Origin: Candidatus Saccharimonadota bacterium
GTDB taxonomy: Bacteria > Patescibacteriota > Saccharimonadia > Saccharimonadales > Saccharimonadaceae
Assembly (NCBI GenBank): GCA_017404245.1
Contig: JAFRCT010000001.1
Coordinates: 7,054 to 71,053 of the forward strand
Reading direction: 5' to 3'
DNA length: 64,000 nt
How positions within the stretch are numbered: the first letter of the stretch is position 1; each line of letters starts with the position of its first letter. The notes beneath the pieces were generated by a model, which was not told the DNA's origin, ran no database searches, and saw only the letters and a list, made by a program, of their open reading frames with translations. Shown here in pieces: positions 18,492-28,220 of this stretch. The position numbers and the translations under genes are program-made.

Positions 18492-20282
18492 TTAAGCGTT
18501 ATTTTTTGGTGCGAATTGAGAATTGTAGAGTTCGGCGTAAAAGCCGTTTTGTTTTAAGAGTTCGGCGTGAGTGCCCTGTTCGACAATGGCGCCATCTTTC
18601 ATGACCAGAATTAGGTTGGCATTGCGGATGGTGGAAAGGCGATGGGCAATGACAAAAGAAGTGCGGCCATGAGTAAGTTTGTTGAAGGCTTCTTGAATGA
18701 GTGCTTCGGCGCGGGTGTCGACGTTTGAAGTGGCTTCGTCGAGAATCATCATGGGAGGATTTTCGACCATGGCACGAGCAATGGTGAGGAGTTGTTTTTC
18801 GCCTGCGGAGATGTTGTCGGAATCTTCGTTGATTTCGGCATTGTAGCCGCCTTTCATGGACTCGATGAGGTGGTCGATGTTGGCTGCAGAAGTGGCTTTT
18901 TTGAGTTCTTTTAGCGTGGCGGAGCTGTTGCCGTATTTTAGGTTGTCTTTGATGGAGCCAGAAAACAGCCAAGTATCTTGGAGCACCATACCAAAGAGCG
19001 CACGCACGTCAGAACGCTTCATTTCGCGCGTGGGGACGCCGTCGATGGTGATATAGCCAGAATCTGGGTCGTAGAAACGCATGAGGAGGTTGATGATGGT
19101 GGTTTTGCCAGCACCAGTGGGGCCAACGATAGCAACTTGTTCGCCTGGGTTTACCTTGACGGAAAAATGGTTGATGACGGGGCGTTTTTTGTCGTAAGAG
19201 AAAGAGACGTCGTGAAACTCGACTGCGCCTTGGACTTTTTTGACTTTGCGAGACGGCTCGGGGTCGGGGGATTCTTCGGGCTCGTTTAGGAAAGTGAAGA
19301 CGCGCTCGGCAGCGGCTAGGGTTTGCTCGATGGTGGCAACGATTTCTGATAAGGTGGAGAGCGGATGGTTGAAACGCGAGAGGTATTGAATGAAGGCCTG
19401 AACGCCACCGATTAGCAAGGTACCATTTAGAACCATTTGTCCACCAAGTACACAGACGGCGACATAGCCAAGGTTAGTAAAGAAATGTACGAACGGAAAT
19501 GCTAGGGAGCCTAGGAATTGGGCTTTCCAAGAATCTTCGTAGAGCTTTTGGTTGGCGAGTTGAAACTCGGCAAAAGATGCGGACTCGTGCGAATTGGATT
19601 TGATGATGAGTTGCCCAGAATAATCTTCTTCTATGCGCGCATTAAGTTGGCCTAGAACTTTTCGTTGCGACACAAAATGGGATTGGGCACGCTTGATAAT
19701 TTTGGAGAGGGTAAAAATAGCGAGCGGGACAACAACTACGGCTACAAGGGCAAGCAAAGGTGAGATGATTATCATCATGACTAAACAACCAATGATGGTG
19801 GTGAGGGAGGTGATAATTTGAGTAAGGCCTTCGGTGAGGGCGTTCCAGAGAGCGTCAACGTCGTTTGAAAGGATGCTGAGGGTGTCGCCAAATTGGTGTT
19901 TGTCGAAATAGGAGATGGGCAGACGAGCGATTTTTTGGATGATTTGACTGCGCAGGCTGCGGGTGTAGTGAGCAGTTGTACGAGCTAGCAAAAACGACTC
20001 AAAATAGCTGAGAATTGCCACTACGGCGATGATGACAATTAAGAAAATGAGCGATTGTTTGATGGGCGCAAAATCTAAAGTGCCAGTAGTAGAAACGGAT
20101 TCTACGGCGGAATTGGTCATGTTGCCGATGATTTTGGGTGAAAAGAGATTGAGGATGTTGGCAATTAGAGCGAAAGTTAAAGACAGGACAATCGTAAAAC
20201 GGAACTTGCCAAGCGACTTGATGAAAGATTTGACAGCAAAACGCGTGTTTTTGGGTTTTTGATCGACAAATTTATGCGGCAT
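18492..20282 (-). CDS. ABC exporter, fused permease/ATPase subunit (heterodimer partner, consensus site)
   Basis: 6-TM domain, GPTGAGKTT, ISAGEKQ and ILDEATSNVD. Confidence 0.93.
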   Translation of the reverse strand: MPHKFVDQKPKNTRFAVKSFIKSLGKFRFTIVLSLTFALIANILNLFSPKIIGNMTNSAVESVSTTGTLDFAPIKQSLIFLIVIIAVVAILSYFESFLLARTTAHYTRSLRSQIIQKIARLPISYFDKHQFGDTLSILSNDVDALWNALTEGLTQIITSLTTIIGCLVMMIIISPLLALVAVVVVPLAIFTLSKIIKRAQSHFVSQRKVLGQLNARIEEDYSGQLIIKSNSHESASFAEFQLANQKLYEDSWKAQFLGSLAFPFVHFFTNLGYVAVCVLGGQMVLNGTLLIGGVQAFIQYLSRFNHPLSTLSEIVATIEQTLAAAERVFTFLNEPEESPDPEPSRKVKKVQGAVEFHDVSFSYDKKRPVINHFSVKVNPGEQVAIVGPTGAGKTTIINLLMRFYDPDSGYITIDGVPTREMKRSDVRALFGMVLQDTWLFSGSIKDNLKYGNSSATLKELKKATSAANIDHLIESMKGGYNAEINEDSDNISAGEKQLLTIARAMVENPPMMILDEATSNVDTRAEALIQEAFNKLTHGRTSFVIAHRLSTIRNANLILVMKDGAIVEQGTHAELLKQNGFYAELYNSQFAPKNNA

Positions 20283-22020
20283 GTTTTAGCTCCTTTTGAT
20301 ATTCGGACTCGCTGAGCTGGCTTTTGACAATTTGTTGATAGACTTCGCAAGATTTGAGGAGTTGGCTGTGCGTACCGCTACCTACGACTTTGCCGCTGTC
20401 GAGAACGACAATTTGATTGGCGTCTTTGATGGTGCTAATGCGTTGAGCCACAACCAAGACGACAGAATCTTGGGTTTCTGAATTGAGGTTTTGGCGCAGA
20501 CGTTGGTCGGTTTTCATATCGAGGGCAGAAAAGCTATCGTCGAAAATGTAGATTTCGGGCTTTTTGGCGATGGCCCTAGCAATGGACAAACGTTGTTTTT
20601 GGCCGCCCGAAACATTGGTGCCACCCTGCGCGATATGTGTATGATAGCTATTTGGCAATTTGGAGATAAAATCGCTGGCTTCGGCAATTTTGGCGGCGCG
20701 AGCAAGTTCTTTTGTGGTGGCGGAGGGGTTGCCAAAAGAAAGATTTGTGGCAACGTCGCCAGAAAACAGAACACCTTTTTGGGGCACGTAGCCGATGCGA
20801 CGCATAAGATCGTCTTTTGCGTAGTTTTTGATGTTGAGGCCATTTATGAGGATTGTGCCAGAGGTGGCTTCGTAAAAGCGAGGAACGAGGGAAATTAAAG
20901 TGGATTTGCCAGAGCCAGTTGAGCCAATGAAAGCGGTGGTTTCTCCAGCTTTGGCAAGGAAAGAGACGTTAGTAAGGACGTTTTGCTCGGCGCCAGTATA
21001 GGCAAAAGAAACGTTTTTGAACTCTACACTTGGGGCGACGCTGGGAGTGCCAGAAGTGGAGCTTAGCCAATGGATTTTGGGCTTGACGGCAAAGACTTCA
21101 TTGATGCGTTTGGCAGAAACAGAAGCGCGAGGCAAAACGACAAAAAGCATGGTGAGAACAAGGAAAGACATAATAACTTGAGTGGCGTATTGGACAAAGG
21201 CCATCATGTTGCCAAGGTAGGAAAGGTCGGTTTGTAAACCTTTGAGGCCAAGCCAAACTACGAGTAGAGTGATGCCGTTAAAGACGATGCCAATGAGTGG
21301 GTCTTGGAGAGAAAGGATTTTGTCGATGAAAATATTGGTGCGCATGAGTTCTTCGTTGGCACGTTCAAACTTTTGGTGCTCCTTTTTTTCGTTGTTGAAA
21401 GCGCGGATGACGCGAAGACCAGTGAGGTTTTCTCGAGCTAGGAGCGTAAGTTTATCGACAAGCTTTTGAAAGAGCTTAAACTTGGGCATGACAAGAGAGA
21501 GGATGATGATTGTGAAGAAAACAATGGAGCCAAGAGCAAGGGCGAGCGTCCAAGTCATGCTGGGAGCGGTAACGAAGGCTTGATAGATGGCGCCGATGCC
21601 CATGAGTGGGGCGCGAAGCATCATGGTGAGCATCATCATGGTGGCTTGTTGGACTTGGCCGATGTCGTTGGTGGTGCGGGTAATGAGTGAAGCGGTTGAG
21701 AAATTGTCGATGTCGCTAAGGGAGAAGGACAGGATTTTTTGGTAGAAGCTGGCACGCAAATCACGCGAGAAAGCGGCGCCAATTCGGGAGGAGAAAAAAT
21801 GGGCAGAAAGCGCACCAAGAGCTGCGAGAATGGTGTAGCCTAGCATTTTGAGGCCAGTTAGCCAAGTATAGTTTACGTCTCCTTTTACGATACCATTGTT
21901 GACGATGTCGGCCATGTAGGCAGGGAGCTGTAGAGTACAATAGGCTTGAAAACCGATGCTAGCAACCAAGACAACACATTGCCATGCGTATGGACGTAGG
22001 AAGCGGAACAATTTGAACAT
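20272..22020 (-). CDS. ABC exporter, fused permease/ATPase subunit (degenerate site, TM287-like)
   Basis: GSTGSGKST, VSGGQKQ, IFDDSFSALD (Asp for the catalytic Glu) and VAQR. Confidence 0.93.
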   Translation of the reverse strand: MFKLFRFLRPYAWQCVVLVASIGFQAYCTLQLPAYMADIVNNGIVKGDVNYTWLTGLKMLGYTILAALGALSAHFFSSRIGAAFSRDLRASFYQKILSFSLSDIDNFSTASLITRTTNDIGQVQQATMMMLTMMLRAPLMGIGAIYQAFVTAPSMTWTLALALGSIVFFTIIILSLVMPKFKLFQKLVDKLTLLARENLTGLRVIRAFNNEKKEHQKFERANEELMRTNIFIDKILSLQDPLIGIVFNGITLLVVWLGLKGLQTDLSYLGNMMAFVQYATQVIMSFLVLTMLFVVLPRASVSAKRINEVFAVKPKIHWLSSTSGTPSVAPSVEFKNVSFAYTGAEQNVLTNVSFLAKAGETTAFIGSTGSGKSTLISLVPRFYEATSGTILINGLNIKNYAKDDLMRRIGYVPQKGVLFSGDVATNLSFGNPSATTKELARAAKIAEASDFISKLPNSYHTHIAQGGTNVSGGQKQRLSIARAIAKKPEIYIFDDSFSALDMKTDQRLRQNLNSETQDSVVLVVAQRISTIKDANQIVVLDSGKVVGSGTHSQLLKSCEVYQQIVKSQLSESEYQKELKHAA

Positions 22021-22095
22021 ATTGAGAAATTATAGCACAAAAAACGTTATTTAGTTATGCTTGCATGGGCTTTTGGACTTTTGTATGATTGGCCT

Positions 22096-22491
22096 ATGAG
22101 AAGAAGAAAAATCACACCAGAGGTAATAACAAAAACTTTTAGCGTGTTTGGGTTTGGAGTGCTGGCGGGGTATTTGTCTTATATGGCGGTGGATTATTGT
22201 TTTGAACACAGGGTGTTTGCGCTTGACGCTGAGCAATATACGCTTCCGAGAACGCTTGCTGATGTTAAGGTTAGTGCGCTTGGAAAAGACGAGAGCTTGG
22301 CAAAGCCAGCTGGGCCAAATTTCCCGTTTATCTCGGCTTTCCCTTGGATATATGTGCCCGTGGAGACGCCCGCAGAAGTCGCTGAGCCTGAGACGTCTTT
22401 TAACGATGGCTTGGGTGAGGCGGAAGAAGAGCCAGAACTTCAGAGTGATTTTGAGGAAGAAGAATCAAAATTAAAAAATAATTTTGATTAG
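22096..22491 (+). CDS. Small single-pass membrane protein with an acidic C-terminus
   Basis: MRRRK followed by a TM segment and an E/D-rich tail. TATGAT lies 6 nt before the ATG. Fills the gap between minus-strand genes. Confidence 0.6.
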   Translation: MRRRKITPEVITKTFSVFGFGVLAGYLSYMAVDYCFEHRVFALDAEQYTLPRTLADVKVSALGKDESLAKPAGPNFPFISAFPWIYVPVETPAEVAEPETSFNDGLGEAEEEPELQSDFEEEESKLKNNFD

Positions 22492-22495
22492 GGAG

Positions 22496-23533
22496 TTAGA
22501 CGCGACGGTGCTTTTTGCGAGCAGATTCTATGAGCTTGGTGATTTGGTAACGAGTAGGCGAGAGGATTAAATCGTGCGCGGGGAGATATTTGAGTTCGGC
22601 GCAACCAAAGCTACGTTTGAATTCGGAAACGCCATAGAAACGGTGGGTGGTTTCGGTTTTTCCGACAATGCCCCATAAATTGTAGCGTGTTATGCCGCGC
22701 TTCCTGGCTTCGCGCATGGCTTCTAGATGTAAAAGTGGGGCCGCAGAGTATTTGGTGCCAAGCTCGGACGAAACACCGTAGTGATAGCTGGCCTCGTGGC
22801 CGTAGAAAATGATGAAATTCATGGCCAGAATTTGGCCGTCTTTTTTGGCAGTGTAGATTTTGACTTCGTTGTGTCTGGCAAAGGCTTGAAATTGCTTAGT
22901 AAGAAACTCTTTGGAAAAAGGAACATAGCCTTGGCGTGCAGCGTGGAGAGATTCTAGTTGGCAGAAATCCGTAATGGCGGAATTGTCGCTTGATACTTCT
23001 ACGGTGAGATTGTTTTTTTGGGCTTTGCGAAGTTTGCGCCTAAAGCCTTGAGAGGCGTTTTTGAGAATGGTTTCTTCGGGCTGAGTGAGGTCTATTATGC
23101 CAGCGTATTCAACGGAGAGGTACATGGGGGCTTTTTTGAGGCCTAGAGTATTTTCGAAAAGGTGGAGAGCTTTTTGGGATAGCTCGAGTTGAGGGCGGAT
23201 GCGCACAAAAACACAATGGTGGCGTTTGCCTTCGGAGCGGATGTCGGCAAAAATTTGTTTGACTAGGCTTTGATTTTTCCAGTCGAGAATGGGGCCACCT
23301 GCGATGGCTAGATGGGTGCCACGCTTGGCAGTTTCGACTACACCAGCGTAGGCGCCAATAATTTGCCCCGAGGCATCAACGGCAATTTTGCGAACGACTT
23401 TTTTGCCTCGGGAGAGATGAAACTCATAAAAATCCCATGATTGCAGAAAGTTTGCAGTAGGGTTTTTGGTGACGAAGGCATCCCAAGTTGTGCGATTCCC
23501 TGCTTCGATGATGGCGATGGTTTTGGTGTCCAT
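22496..23533 (-). CDS. FemAB/FemX-family peptidoglycan aminoacyltransferase
   Basis: NFLQSW, GGPILDW, YNLWGI and GVSEFKRSFG motifs. Start MDTK via TAATG overlap. Confidence 0.9.
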   Translation of the reverse strand: MDTKTIAIIEAGNRTTWDAFVTKNPTANFLQSWDFYEFHLSRGKKVVRKIAVDASGQIIGAYAGVVETAKRGTHLAIAGGPILDWKNQSLVKQIFADIRSEGKRHHCVFVRIRPQLELSQKALHLFENTLGLKKAPMYLSVEYAGIIDLTQPEETILKNASQGFRRKLRKAQKNNLTVEVSSDNSAITDFCQLESLHAARQGYVPFSKEFLTKQFQAFARHNEVKIYTAKKDGQILAMNFIIFYGHEASYHYGVSSELGTKYSAAPLLHLEAMREARKRGITRYNLWGIVGKTETTHRFYGVSEFKRSFGCAELKYLPAHDLILSPTRYQITKLIESARKKHRRV

Positions 23534-24528
23534 TAGAGGTTCCTTTTTTTCTTGCGAGTGTTTTCGACGAGTTCGTCGACTTTGTAGCGAAGTTTTTTGA
23601 TGACGATGTCTTGGGCGGGAAGGTATTCTACGACTTTGCCACCAAAGCCAGTTTTGAAAGTGGTAACTCCAGAATAGCGATGGTTTTTGACACCTGGAGG
23701 AGCGATGCCCCACAGGTTAAAGCGTTGGCAACCTGCGCTTTTGAGTGAGCGAATGGCATGCCAAAGTAGAGCGTAGGCGCCAGGAAGTTTTTGATTAAGT
23801 TCGGTTGAGGCAGCTTCGAAATAGGCAGCTTCTTTGCCGTAGGACAAAACAAGACCATAGGCAATTGGTTCGCCTGCTTCGGTTTGAGAAACGTAGAGGT
23901 GGGCATTTGAGCCAAAGGCTTGGCGCTCGGCGAGAAGTTCTTTGAGCGACGGCGGTATGAAGCCTTGGCGTTTGGCAGTGAGGGTTTGGGTACCATGAAA
24001 GGCTTGATAGGTTTTTTCGGTATTGTCTTCGACGACTTTGAGGTTTTGTTTTTGAGCACGACGGACTTCATAGCGAGTTTGGCGACGCATAGACATTAGT
24101 AAATCGTCTTCGGACTTAGTGAGGTCTAGGATGATAGTGTTTTGGGCGTGCAAATGCATGGGAGCAGGGCGTAAATCAAGCCCCAGCGATTCGACGGAAG
24201 TTAGGTATTGGCGTGAAGCTGAGTCGTTGGGCAGTTGGGGACGAAAACGCACAAACACGCAACCGTTCGCCTTGGCTTCTTTGACAATAGACAAAAAAAC
24301 TTGAGAAACTTCGCCAATGTTGGCCCAGTCGAGAATGGGGCCGCCAGGTATTTCTAGATAACGGCCGCGGCGGGCGTTTTTGACGATGCCGAGATAGACG
24401 GCGGAATTATTAAAAGTGCGAACGATAATTTTGTGTCCGATGAGCTTGTTGGTTTCTGCCCATAAGGGCGACTGCAAAAAGTTGGATTCTTTGTGATTGC
24501 TTAAAATGGTTTGCCAAGATTCTTGCAT
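23533..24528 (-). CDS. FemAB/FemX-family peptidoglycan aminoacyltransferase (tandem paralog)
   Basis: NFLQSPLW, RRQTRYEVRRA, FNLWGIAP and GVTTFKTGFGG motifs. Confidence 0.9.
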   Translation of the reverse strand: MQESWQTILSNHKESNFLQSPLWAETNKLIGHKIIVRTFNNSAVYLGIVKNARRGRYLEIPGGPILDWANIGEVSQVFLSIVKEAKANGCVFVRFRPQLPNDSASRQYLTSVESLGLDLRPAPMHLHAQNTIILDLTKSEDDLLMSMRRQTRYEVRRAQKQNLKVVEDNTEKTYQAFHGTQTLTAKRQGFIPPSLKELLAERQAFGSNAHLYVSQTEAGEPIAYGLVLSYGKEAAYFEAASTELNQKLPGAYALLWHAIRSLKSAGCQRFNLWGIAPPGVKNHRYSGVTTFKTGFGGKVVEYLPAQDIVIKKLRYKVDELVENTRKKKRNL

Positions 24529-25676
24529 TATTTGACCTCGTAATATTTGATGATGGATTTGGCGCGAGACAGTTCGGCGCGCTTTTTGGGTGAATGATAC
24601 CATGTAGGGAGATTAATGACGTGCGAGGCAAAATAGACGGAGTTTGGGCAGGATGATTCTGGGTAATTGAGTTTTTTATAATAGCGGGCTGGGGCTACTG
24701 GAGTGTCGTACCATGACTCCTCGAGGCGAAAGCCAGATTTTTGCAATTCGCTTAGGCAGGCGGCTTTGTCGGATACGAGGCAGAAATTGCGAAGTGGGGT
24801 GGACTTGAGATTTTGAAGTTGACGGAGAGCAAGGCGAGCTTGCCAACAAGTGATGGTGGTGTTTTCTAGAAGCTTGGTGTCAGCGGAGCGCTCGATGAAT
24901 CGTAATTTTAGGAGGAGAGCAAGGAAAGGCTTTTCTAGATGCAGGTGCGCGAGCCCACGAGCAGTGGCGCCAAAGATTGGGTACCAACTAGCACGCGGTA
25001 CGTCGCCTGTTTTTTGGCGACGGACGAGAGTGGATTTTTGGAATGATTTGGGGAAAGAAAGGGAGGGGTCGCGCAACAAAACGGCGCCACCTGTGATGGT
25101 GTCGATGGCTTTGCCTTTGCCAAAGGAAAGGCAAGTAGCTTCGCCGAAAGTGCCAATTTCTTGGTGAGAGCCGTCGGTTTTTTGGTAGTAGCGACCAGCA
25201 CAGTGGGCGAGGTCTTCTAGACATAGTAGGTTATATTCTTTTTTGACGGCAGAAAAAGATTCGATGTTTACGGGCATGCCGAAAGTGTTTTGGAGTATGA
25301 AACATTTGAGTTTTTTGTCGGATTGGCAAGCGGTTTTGAGAGTGGCGGCGGAGTAATTGGGACTGTTTGGCTCGATGTCTAGGTAAACCGAAACAAGTTT
25401 GGCGTGAGTGATGGCCTGAACTACGGCGTAGCAAGTAAAACCGTTTATGGCCACATGGTCGCCCTTTTTTAGTCGGCCTGAGGCAATGAAAGATTTGAGG
25501 GCTATGGCAATGGCTGAACGTCCAGAGTAGATTAGAGAGGTATTTGCGAGGCTGGCGCCATAGCGAGTGGACAGTGCGCGTTCGAGTGCGTGGTAGTGTT
25601 TTTTGGTGCCCAAGATGAACGAGTGGCGGAGAATGTCTTTGGCGGCGTAGTTGCTGGCAAGGCCTAGAAATAACAT
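24528..25676 (-). CDS. DegT/DnrJ/EryC1/StrS-family PLP-dependent aminotransferase-like protein
   Basis: SGRSAI, QNTFG, EDLAH, SFGKGKAIDTITGG and INLPT motifs. Confidence 0.85.
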   Translation of the reverse strand: MLFLGLASNYAAKDILRHSFILGTKKHYHALERALSTRYGASLANTSLIYSGRSAIAIALKSFIASGRLKKGDHVAINGFTCYAVVQAITHAKLVSVYLDIEPNSPNYSAATLKTACQSDKKLKCFILQNTFGMPVNIESFSAVKKEYNLLCLEDLAHCAGRYYQKTDGSHQEIGTFGEATCLSFGKGKAIDTITGGAVLLRDPSLSFPKSFQKSTLVRRQKTGDVPRASWYPIFGATARGLAHLHLEKPFLALLLKLRFIERSADTKLLENTTITCWQARLALRQLQNLKSTPLRNFCLVSDKAACLSELQKSGFRLEESWYDTPVAPARYYKKLNYPESSCPNSVYFASHVINLPTWYHSPKKRAELSRAKSIIKYYEVK

Positions 25677-26452
25677 TATTTTAGCTCCTTGAGGATGGCT
25701 TTTGCTAGGCCTTCTGGGTCTTTTAGATAGGGGGCGTGAGCCCAGTTGGGGTGGATGCTTAGAGTGGAGTTTACAAGCTTGCGTTTGAGGATGTGAGCTT
25801 GGCGGACAGGCGTGATTTTGTCGTCTTCGCCCCAAATGATGGCGGTGGGGGTGGTAACTTTGGCGAGAATGAGTGATTGGTCGGAAGATAGCATGTTTTG
25901 TAGGGTGGCTTTCATGTTGGTAGAGGCGTTTTCGTAGTCGCTGGCGCCGATTAGTTTGTGGACGATTTTGGCAAGGCCTGGGACTTTTTTGAGAGGAGAA
26001 GCGATTTTGGAGAGGGAGCGGAAGATATTGCGCTTAAAGGATTTTTCGTAAACACCTGCGGAGTCGAGGAGGATGAGTTTTTGGAGCTTTTTGGGGTTTT
26101 GGGCGCACAAGTTTAACAAAATGCGACCACCATTGCTGTGCCCAAGAGCGATAGCGCCAGACGGTAGATGCTTGTTGGCCCAAGCAACGTAGTTTTCGAT
26201 TGTCCAGACACGGTTGGAGGGGGTGGTGAGGCCAGGAACGTTGAGCATTTTAACGGTAACCCCAGCTTTTTCTAGGAGAGAGATGGTGGTTTGCCATGGC
26301 TCTACGGAGTAAGTCCAGCCATGAATGATGTAGAGCGTTTTGTTGAGCGAGTTGCCAGCTGGCTTGAATGCTGGCATATTGGCACGGGTGTGGCTGGGCT
26401 TTTTGGCGCCCTTGGCGGAAAGTTTGAGTTGAGGCTGAGTGAAAGTGGACAT
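25676..26452 (-). CDS. Alpha/beta hydrolase
   Basis: IHGW, GHSNGG nucleophile elbow, WGEDD and HAPY. Confidence 0.9.
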   Translation of the reverse strand: MSTFTQPQLKLSAKGAKKPSHTRANMPAFKPAGNSLNKTLYIIHGWTYSVEPWQTTISLLEKAGVTVKMLNVPGLTTPSNRVWTIENYVAWANKHLPSGAIALGHSNGGRILLNLCAQNPKKLQKLILLDSAGVYEKSFKRNIFRSLSKIASPLKKVPGLAKIVHKLIGASDYENASTNMKATLQNMLSSDQSLILAKVTTPTAIIWGEDDKITPVRQAHILKRKLVNSTLSIHPNWAHAPYLKDPEGLAKAILKELK

Positions 26453-26453
26453 A

Positions 26454-27725
26454 CTAGTTTAGTCCCTTGTTTTTGCGGCGTTTAATGGCGGCGGGTTCGC
26501 GACGACAAAGGAACTGGGCGTCGGCAGGGTTTTCTAGCAGGCTTTCGATAATCCATTCGAGGTATTGCGAGCCTTTGAAGATGATGGTTTCGGAACCTGT
26601 TGCGTGTTTTTGGATGTAGGCTAAGGCATTTTTGGGGCTAAGAGTGGTTTTTGGAGAGAGGCCGAGCTCTTTTAGACGAGGAGCGGTGTATTCTTTGGTG
26701 CGTTTGCCAACCAAAATTACTTCTTCGGGTTGGGCGTTTGCAATGAGGTCGGCTAGGTGGCGATGTTCTTCGCTGGTGATTTCGCCTTGTTCAACTATAT
26801 CGCCGATGACTAGCCATTTGTGGGCAGCGCGTAGAGATTTGGCCATGTCGAGGATGCTTTGCATGGAGATGAGATGGGCGTTGTAACTACTGTCTATGAG
26901 CTTTAGGCCGTTTTTGCCATGGAAAAAGCTACTGCGGCCAGGAGGAAGTGGCATGTCGGTGAAGTCGGTTTTGAGCGAAACGGAAAGATATTTCATGAGT
27001 TGTTTGTACATGAGAAGTTGGATGGATAAGTCGCGAGGTTGAGGCGAAGAAAAGTGGAAGGTGGTGTTCATGGTGCCAAAATCGGTGTGATTGGGATAGA
27101 CAACGTATTTAACGATGTCTTTTTTGTAAAACTTCTCGACTTTGGCGGCGATGTTTTTGGTGGCTTCTTGCATGAGTGGACAATCGCCGTCAATAAAGAC
27201 AATGCACTTGGTGTTTCGGGGGAGCATGGCAAATTCGTCGGCGATGGCGGCATCTAGCGAAACAAATTTGCCATCGTGCACTTCTTGCTCGAATTGGATG
27301 GCGTGAGAACGGCCTAGAGAAATCCATAAGGTGATTTCGGGCTGAAGCCATTTGGCTAAAAATTCGGTTTCGTGGGGGCGTTCGCCGTCGATTTCGACCA
27401 CGTAAAATGGCTCGGTGTGATGAAAATAGAGAGCGCGGAGGGGCGCTAGGACGGCGAGAAGAAACCAGCGGAGTTTGGACCCACGGACACCGCGGAGACC
27501 CAAGAGGTCGAAAGATACACCAAAGGCCGAGTTGGCATTGTGGGAATAGTGGGCGGAAGAGCCAAGCCCCCACTCTACCATGTGGAGCATGGTGGTTTTG
27601 CCAGCAGAGCCAGTGATGGCGATGATGCGCGGATTCCAACGACGCAGAGCAAAATTAGCAAAAAAACGGAAATACCTCGCTACGATAAAATAGAAACGCT
27701 TCTTTAGGCGCGCAATTTTAGTCAT
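26454..27725 (-). CDS. murF: MurF-like Mur ligase
   Basis: AITGSAGKTT, PGR, IDSSYNA and FKGSQ motifs. Confidence 0.8.
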   Translation of the reverse strand: MTKIARLKKRFYFIVARYFRFFANFALRRWNPRIIAITGSAGKTTMLHMVEWGLGSSAHYSHNANSAFGVSFDLLGLRGVRGSKLRWFLLAVLAPLRALYFHHTEPFYVVEIDGERPHETEFLAKWLQPEITLWISLGRSHAIQFEQEVHDGKFVSLDAAIADEFAMLPRNTKCIVFIDGDCPLMQEATKNIAAKVEKFYKKDIVKYVVYPNHTDFGTMNTTFHFSSPQPRDLSIQLLMYKQLMKYLSVSLKTDFTDMPLPPGRSSFFHGKNGLKLIDSSYNAHLISMQSILDMAKSLRAAHKWLVIGDIVEQGEITSEEHRHLADLIANAQPEEVILVGKRTKEYTAPRLKELGLSPKTTLSPKNALAYIQKHATGSETIIFKGSQYLEWIIESLLENPADAQFLCRREPAAIKRRKNKGLN

Positions 27726-27790
27726 GTGAGTATTATAACAAAAAACCTGCCACAAGGACAGGCTTTTTGAAAACACTAGAAACCGTAAGG

Positions 27791-28117
27791 CTACATGCGG
27801 ATTTCGGCATCTACGCCAGCAGGGAGAGCCAAGTTTTGAAGGCTTTCGATGGTTTTGGGGGTGGCATTGGAGATGTCGATAAGACGTTTATGAACTTTCA
27901 TTTCAAAAGCTTCGCCGCCAGTTTTGTAGACGTGCGGGGATTTGACAACGGTGAAGGTTGAACGTTTGGTTGGTAGGGGCACTGGGCCAGAAACGGTTGC
28001 GCCAGTGCGGATGGCGGTATCGACGATTTGCTTGGCGCTTTGGTCGATGACGCGATGGTCGTAGGCCTTAAGGCGGATACGAATTTTGAGACCTTGGTCT
28101 TTAGCTTTGTCAGCCAT
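27791..28117 (-). CDS. rpsJ: 30S ribosomal protein S10 (stand-alone)
   Basis: [19 protein letters not shown] and HKRLIDI motifs. Confidence 0.98.
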   Translation of the reverse strand: MADKAKDQGLKIRIRLKAYDHRVIDQSAKQIVDTAIRTGATVSGPVPLPTKRSTFTVVKSPHVYKTGGEAFEMKVHKRLIDISNATPKTIESLQNLALPAGVDAEIRM

Positions 28118-28190
28118 AATGTCCTTTCTTTCTCCGTAACCTCGAAGAATGGAGTTCTCGGAGATAGATGGTTATTTGATATACATATAT

Positions 28191-28219
28191 ATTATATAGT
28201 ATTTTTGGCTAGTTTGCAA
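28191..28219 (-). promoter_or_regulatory. sigma70 promoter of rpsJ
   Basis: TTGCAA, 17-nt spacer, TATAAT. Confidence 0.75.
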
Positions 28220-28220
28220 C

